A DNA stretch of 64,000 nucleotides from Ramazzottius varieornatus (Eukaryota > Animalia > Tardigrada): contig BDGG01000001.1 of NCBI GenBank assembly GCA_001949185.1, positions 5,571,527-5,635,526 of the forward strand. Reading direction: 5' to 3'. Shown here one piece after another: positions 60,577-64,000 of the stretch. The notes beneath the pieces were generated by a model. The model worked only from the letters and a program-made list of their open reading frames with translations. It was not told where the DNA came from and did not search any database. The position numbers were made by a program, and so were the translations under genes. Each line of letters begins with the position of its first letter. Positions within the stretch are counted from its first letter, which is position 1.

Positions 60577-62313
60577 CTGTACTCTCGCGATACACATGGA
60601 CATACTCAAGGCTGTACTAGTGAAAAGTAACCGCAAGTAAAAAAGTACCGTTTAAATGACGCACTTGATTGCTTGAAACGGTATCTTGACTTGCGCATGT
60701 TCAACCAACTGTTAGGGACTATTTTCGACCTCGAAAAGCTGGGTTCTTGAGAAGTTTTGCCTCTGTGCTACTGTACGTAATATTACACCATGAGAAGATT
60801 TAGGACTCGAGCTGTGTACCGAGTATCGGAGGCTCAGAGAAAGCTAGCTCAGGCGGAAAGTGGAACGTCGCTGCGAGCTTATGCAACAGCGGTGAAGATA
60901 CCGCGTTAGATGATATCTCTGTGGAGGTAGGACAAAGCTTGAAGCTGTTTGCGTCTTTAACCGTTCATGTTCTAAATATATACCGTTTGAGAAAAAAGTT
61001 ACCTGAAGGCACTTTTAAAGGACGACGTAGGCCGATCTACGAGCCAACAGAGAAAAGGGTCTATAACGAAGTGATCAAAAGTAGAAATATTGGACTTCCG
61101 GTGCGCGATAGCGACGTTCGGTCTTGGGCATTACAGTTCGCCAAGGCATTGAGTATCCACGGATTCAAAGCGTCTTGCGGTTGGATATCCAAGCTAAAGA
61201 AGAAGTATCGTTTGACTTATCGAGCAATAACTAAGGTCGGACGAAAAACCACGAAGACTCCCGCAGACGAAGTAAGCCGAACACAAACTCCCTCGCTGGG
61301 TTTACCGTTTCCTGTAAATGTGTTGAGGCTTAGTCTGTCTTTTGTTTGCTCGAATAGCTTGCCGAACATGTTTTCATGGAGCGAGTGGAAGAAATCGTCA
61401 CTCTGGAGAAAACCCATCCAAGCCGTATAATCAACTTTGACCAGACTAGTGTCCTCTTGCAAAACACGTACGGAAAGACTTTATCACCTGTTGGAATCAA
61501 ACAAGTCCACGTCGCTCAGCCACCCGGTGAGAAGGAACGATTTACGGTAGGCCTCGCTGTGACGGGAGACGGACAGAAATTTCTAGCTGCGATAGTTTCC
61601 AAAGGTGGAGTGAAGACTGGTCAGCTACGCGTAACATTCTAGCGAAGTTAGTGATTCCCGACAACGTCAACGTCTTTTCTACCAGAACTGATTGGTGGAA
61701 CTCTAAAATCGACCAAGACTGGATCGAGCTGTCTTTCGAACAGGACCAACCTGAACCGTTATTTCTACTTCGGGATCATTTCCCGGGTCACTTGAAGTTC
61801 GAAAGCGCAGTATTGTTGGACGAGAGAAATGTCGATCAGGTTTTCGTACCGAAAGGGATGGCGGGTATCTACCAACCGCTCGACGTTGGCATAAACGCAC
61901 CCTTCAAAGCCAACCTTAAACAAGCGTATCATGAGTGGCGGAAAGAGCGTACGGAAGTCACGGCCAAAGGATACCTGCGGAAGCCGACTCGGCAAGACTT
62001 TGTCAACTTAGTTAGCAAAGCTTGGGAAGCAATCAGACCGGAAACGATTGAGAATGCGTTCGTAGGAGCTCAAATTCTTCCTGAACCGACGTATATGCTT
62101 TCGGTTGAATTGGTTGAAAACCACAAACAGCTTCTGCAGTTTAGCTTTAGTTCGGTTGAAGAAGACAGTGATGCTGAAGTAGCGGAAGATCCCTCTTTGG
62201 AGTACAGCTTTTCGAATGATTATTGATTGAGTAAAACCGAAAAAGTTTGCCCCCGCCAGGTGTAGTTTCCCAGCGCACAAGGGTATATGTCCATGTGTAT
62301 CGCGAGAGTACAG
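60577..62313 (+). mobile_element. pogo/Tigger-family DNA transposon, full length, with inactivated transposase
   Basis: 28-bp perfect TIR CTGTACTCTCGCGATACACATGGACATA flanked by TA on both sides. Confidence 0.92.
60790..62226 (+). pseudogene. pogo-like transposase (CENP-B HTH plus DD35D), with a probable intron, stops and frameshift
   Basis: FKASCGWISKLKKKY, INFDQT, ERFTV, LLRDHF..35 aa..QPLDVGINAPFK. In-frame TAG stops. Confidence 0.88.
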
Positions 62314-62449
62314 TATGTAATTCGCTGTGTATTACCATTGTATAGTACGTCCTTTGAAAGCCACGACAGCCAGGCTTATCCAGCCTCGATTTCTACTTGA
62401 ATGAACTTTAGAGACTCAAAATTCATTGTTCGTCCGTCTCTGCACCAGA

Positions 62450-62600
62450 CTTTACAGTTGATCCACCGTCCCAACGAAGGTTTTGAAATATGTAGCCGAG
62501 CAGCGAATTCTCTGACGGTTACGCCGGTGATTGCCTTCTCAGCATAGTAATCGGCTACAGAGCGACGCTTTTCGGCTTCCGAATAGTACTTTCGGGTCAC
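62450..62600 (-). pseudogene. HTH fragment of another DNA-transposon protein
   Basis: RKYYSEAEKRRSV...TVREFAARLHISKPSLGRWI. Confidence 0.45.
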
Positions 62601-62901
62601 CACAAAGGCTTGATCACGATATTGGTAGAGAAGAAAGGACAAGAGAGAACCATTTCTTATCTCTGCTGAACAGAAATGAACACTCCCCGCTGACTACAGT
62701 GCACTCGCTCGATATGCGTACACCGCTGTTCGATTTCAAAATTTTAAGATCATCGTGAACGCAAGAGCGTTCGCCATAAACGTATTTGAGTGTTTTGTTC
62801 ATGAACGCAGCGGATGCACATGGTGGAAAACAAATACTTGATTTTCATTCAGCTTAACTGTTTGTGAGCTGTTGACGACGCTTTCTTCCGCTTCTGGTAA
62901 G

Positions 62902-63925
62902 CTGTACACGCACAACGAGATATTATGAGCCAGTAAAAATTATGGACCAAGCCTTTTCGCTACGTCGGCACGGGCAGGTGAATCTTGCTACAAATGAAAA
63001 CCAGCATCGAATGCAGAAGGCTCGGCGAAGCTCAAATAAGCCGCTCTAGCCGTTCTCAGCCGTGGCTAAACATATTTTAGCCACGGCTAGAATGTATTGT
63101 GTGTTTGAATGATTTATTGATGCCAAACTATTTCAGCCGACTCAATATCAATAAATCAATGGAACGCACAATACAGTCTAGCCGTGGCTAAAAGTATTTT
63201 AGCTGCTTTAGCCGCGGCTAAGAACGCCTCAAGCTTCGCCGAGCCTTCTATAGCATCGAAGGCTGCACTGCTGCACGTGCTGGACATTGGGCAGAGGAGC
63301 TGAAACTTGTCATATTACTATTTTATATGATACTGTATTCCCCCAATATATTCGCGAACCCCGTTACTCGTGGCGCCACCTACAGGACATACGTCATACA
63401 TACGCGCCTATCTGTCGTACGTCATGTACGTTGTCGTAGGTGGCGCCATAGGTATCAGGCTTCGCGGAGATATCGGGGGAATACAGTATTGTGTGGTATC
63501 TTCGGCACAACGTAGGACGGTGCTGCGCGGAACTTTGAAGACCGGAGCTGCTTCGCGTAATCCCATTCTATTCTCGACAGCAGATAGCGCGTCCTTCGGG
63601 GCTTCTTTGGTGTATCATCGAGGCTGCTTGGTCTTGAAGGGCTGGATATACTCAAAAACCTTTACGGAAAGGATATCGAGACAGCGAGTCCAGAGCTTTT
63701 CCGAGAGAAAGTCGAATAGCCATGCACAACAGCGGAAAAGCATAAGAGTGAAATAGCTGATCGGGTGACTGCCGCTGTCCATGACAATTTTCTACGGTTG
63801 AATTTACGGCGTTACGTCGTTTGTCCGATTCTGTTGCTGGCTTCCATACAAAATGTAAATTTGCCGTCTTTTCCGCCTGGCCCATAATTTTTACTGGCTC
63901 ATAATATCTCGTCGTGCTTGTACGG
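62902..63925. mobile_element. TIR MITE (about 50-bp imperfect TIRs) carrying nested insertions
   Basis: CTGTACACGCACAACGAGATATTATGAGCCAGTAAAAATTATGG at left and its near reverse complement at right, followed by TA. Confidence 0.75.
63012..63252. mobile_element. 241-bp palindromic MITE nested in the 62902-63925 element
   Basis: TIR core AGAAGGCTCGGCGAAGCT and 8-bp TSD GCATCGAA (63004-63011, 63253-63260). The homologous empty site is visible near 57812. Confidence 0.85.
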
Positions 63926-64000
63926 TAAACGTTTGACTGGTGCCAAATAGAAATCGAAGAGTGATGTACACATCTCGAACGATTGAACTGTACCGGCACA

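Noticed and set aside
1-64000. tRNA or rRNA genes
   Set aside because: No cloverleaf or rRNA-like sequence recognised; a tRNAscan/Infernal run would be needed to exclude them.

Overview
Eukaryotic (animal) genomic DNA with short GT-AG introns and two N gaps. The compact gene layout is compatible with a small invertebrate such as a tardigrade, but the organism is only inferred. 1-16 kb holds host genes: a penta-EF-hand protein, ISCA2 head-to-head with HCCS, a secreted Ser/Thr-rich repeat protein, an orphan ORF and a matrix metalloproteinase. 16.9-64 kb is dominated by mobile DNA. (i) A 12.7-kb Ty3/Gypsy LTR element (16874-29554, minus strand, 273-bp LTRs that read identical, 4-bp TSD) carries gag-PR-RT-RH-IN, an in-frame env-like glycoprotein with class III viral fusogen signatures, and about 3.4 kb of orphan accessory ORFs. 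(ii) An ~12-kb decayed Polinton/Maverick (39192-51156; AGGAGG-initiated TIRs, 6-bp TSD GTTGTG) carries capsid, penton, integrase, ATPase, pX and pPolB remnants plus TBP-like and PC4-like genes. (iii) There are also an older chromodomain Gypsy remnant, a pogo-family DNA transposon and several hAT- and Tc1-type MITEs. An isolated intact exon at 58.5-59.3 kb encodes a CatSper-epsilon-like C-terminus. All homology calls come from motif recognition by eye; no searches were run.
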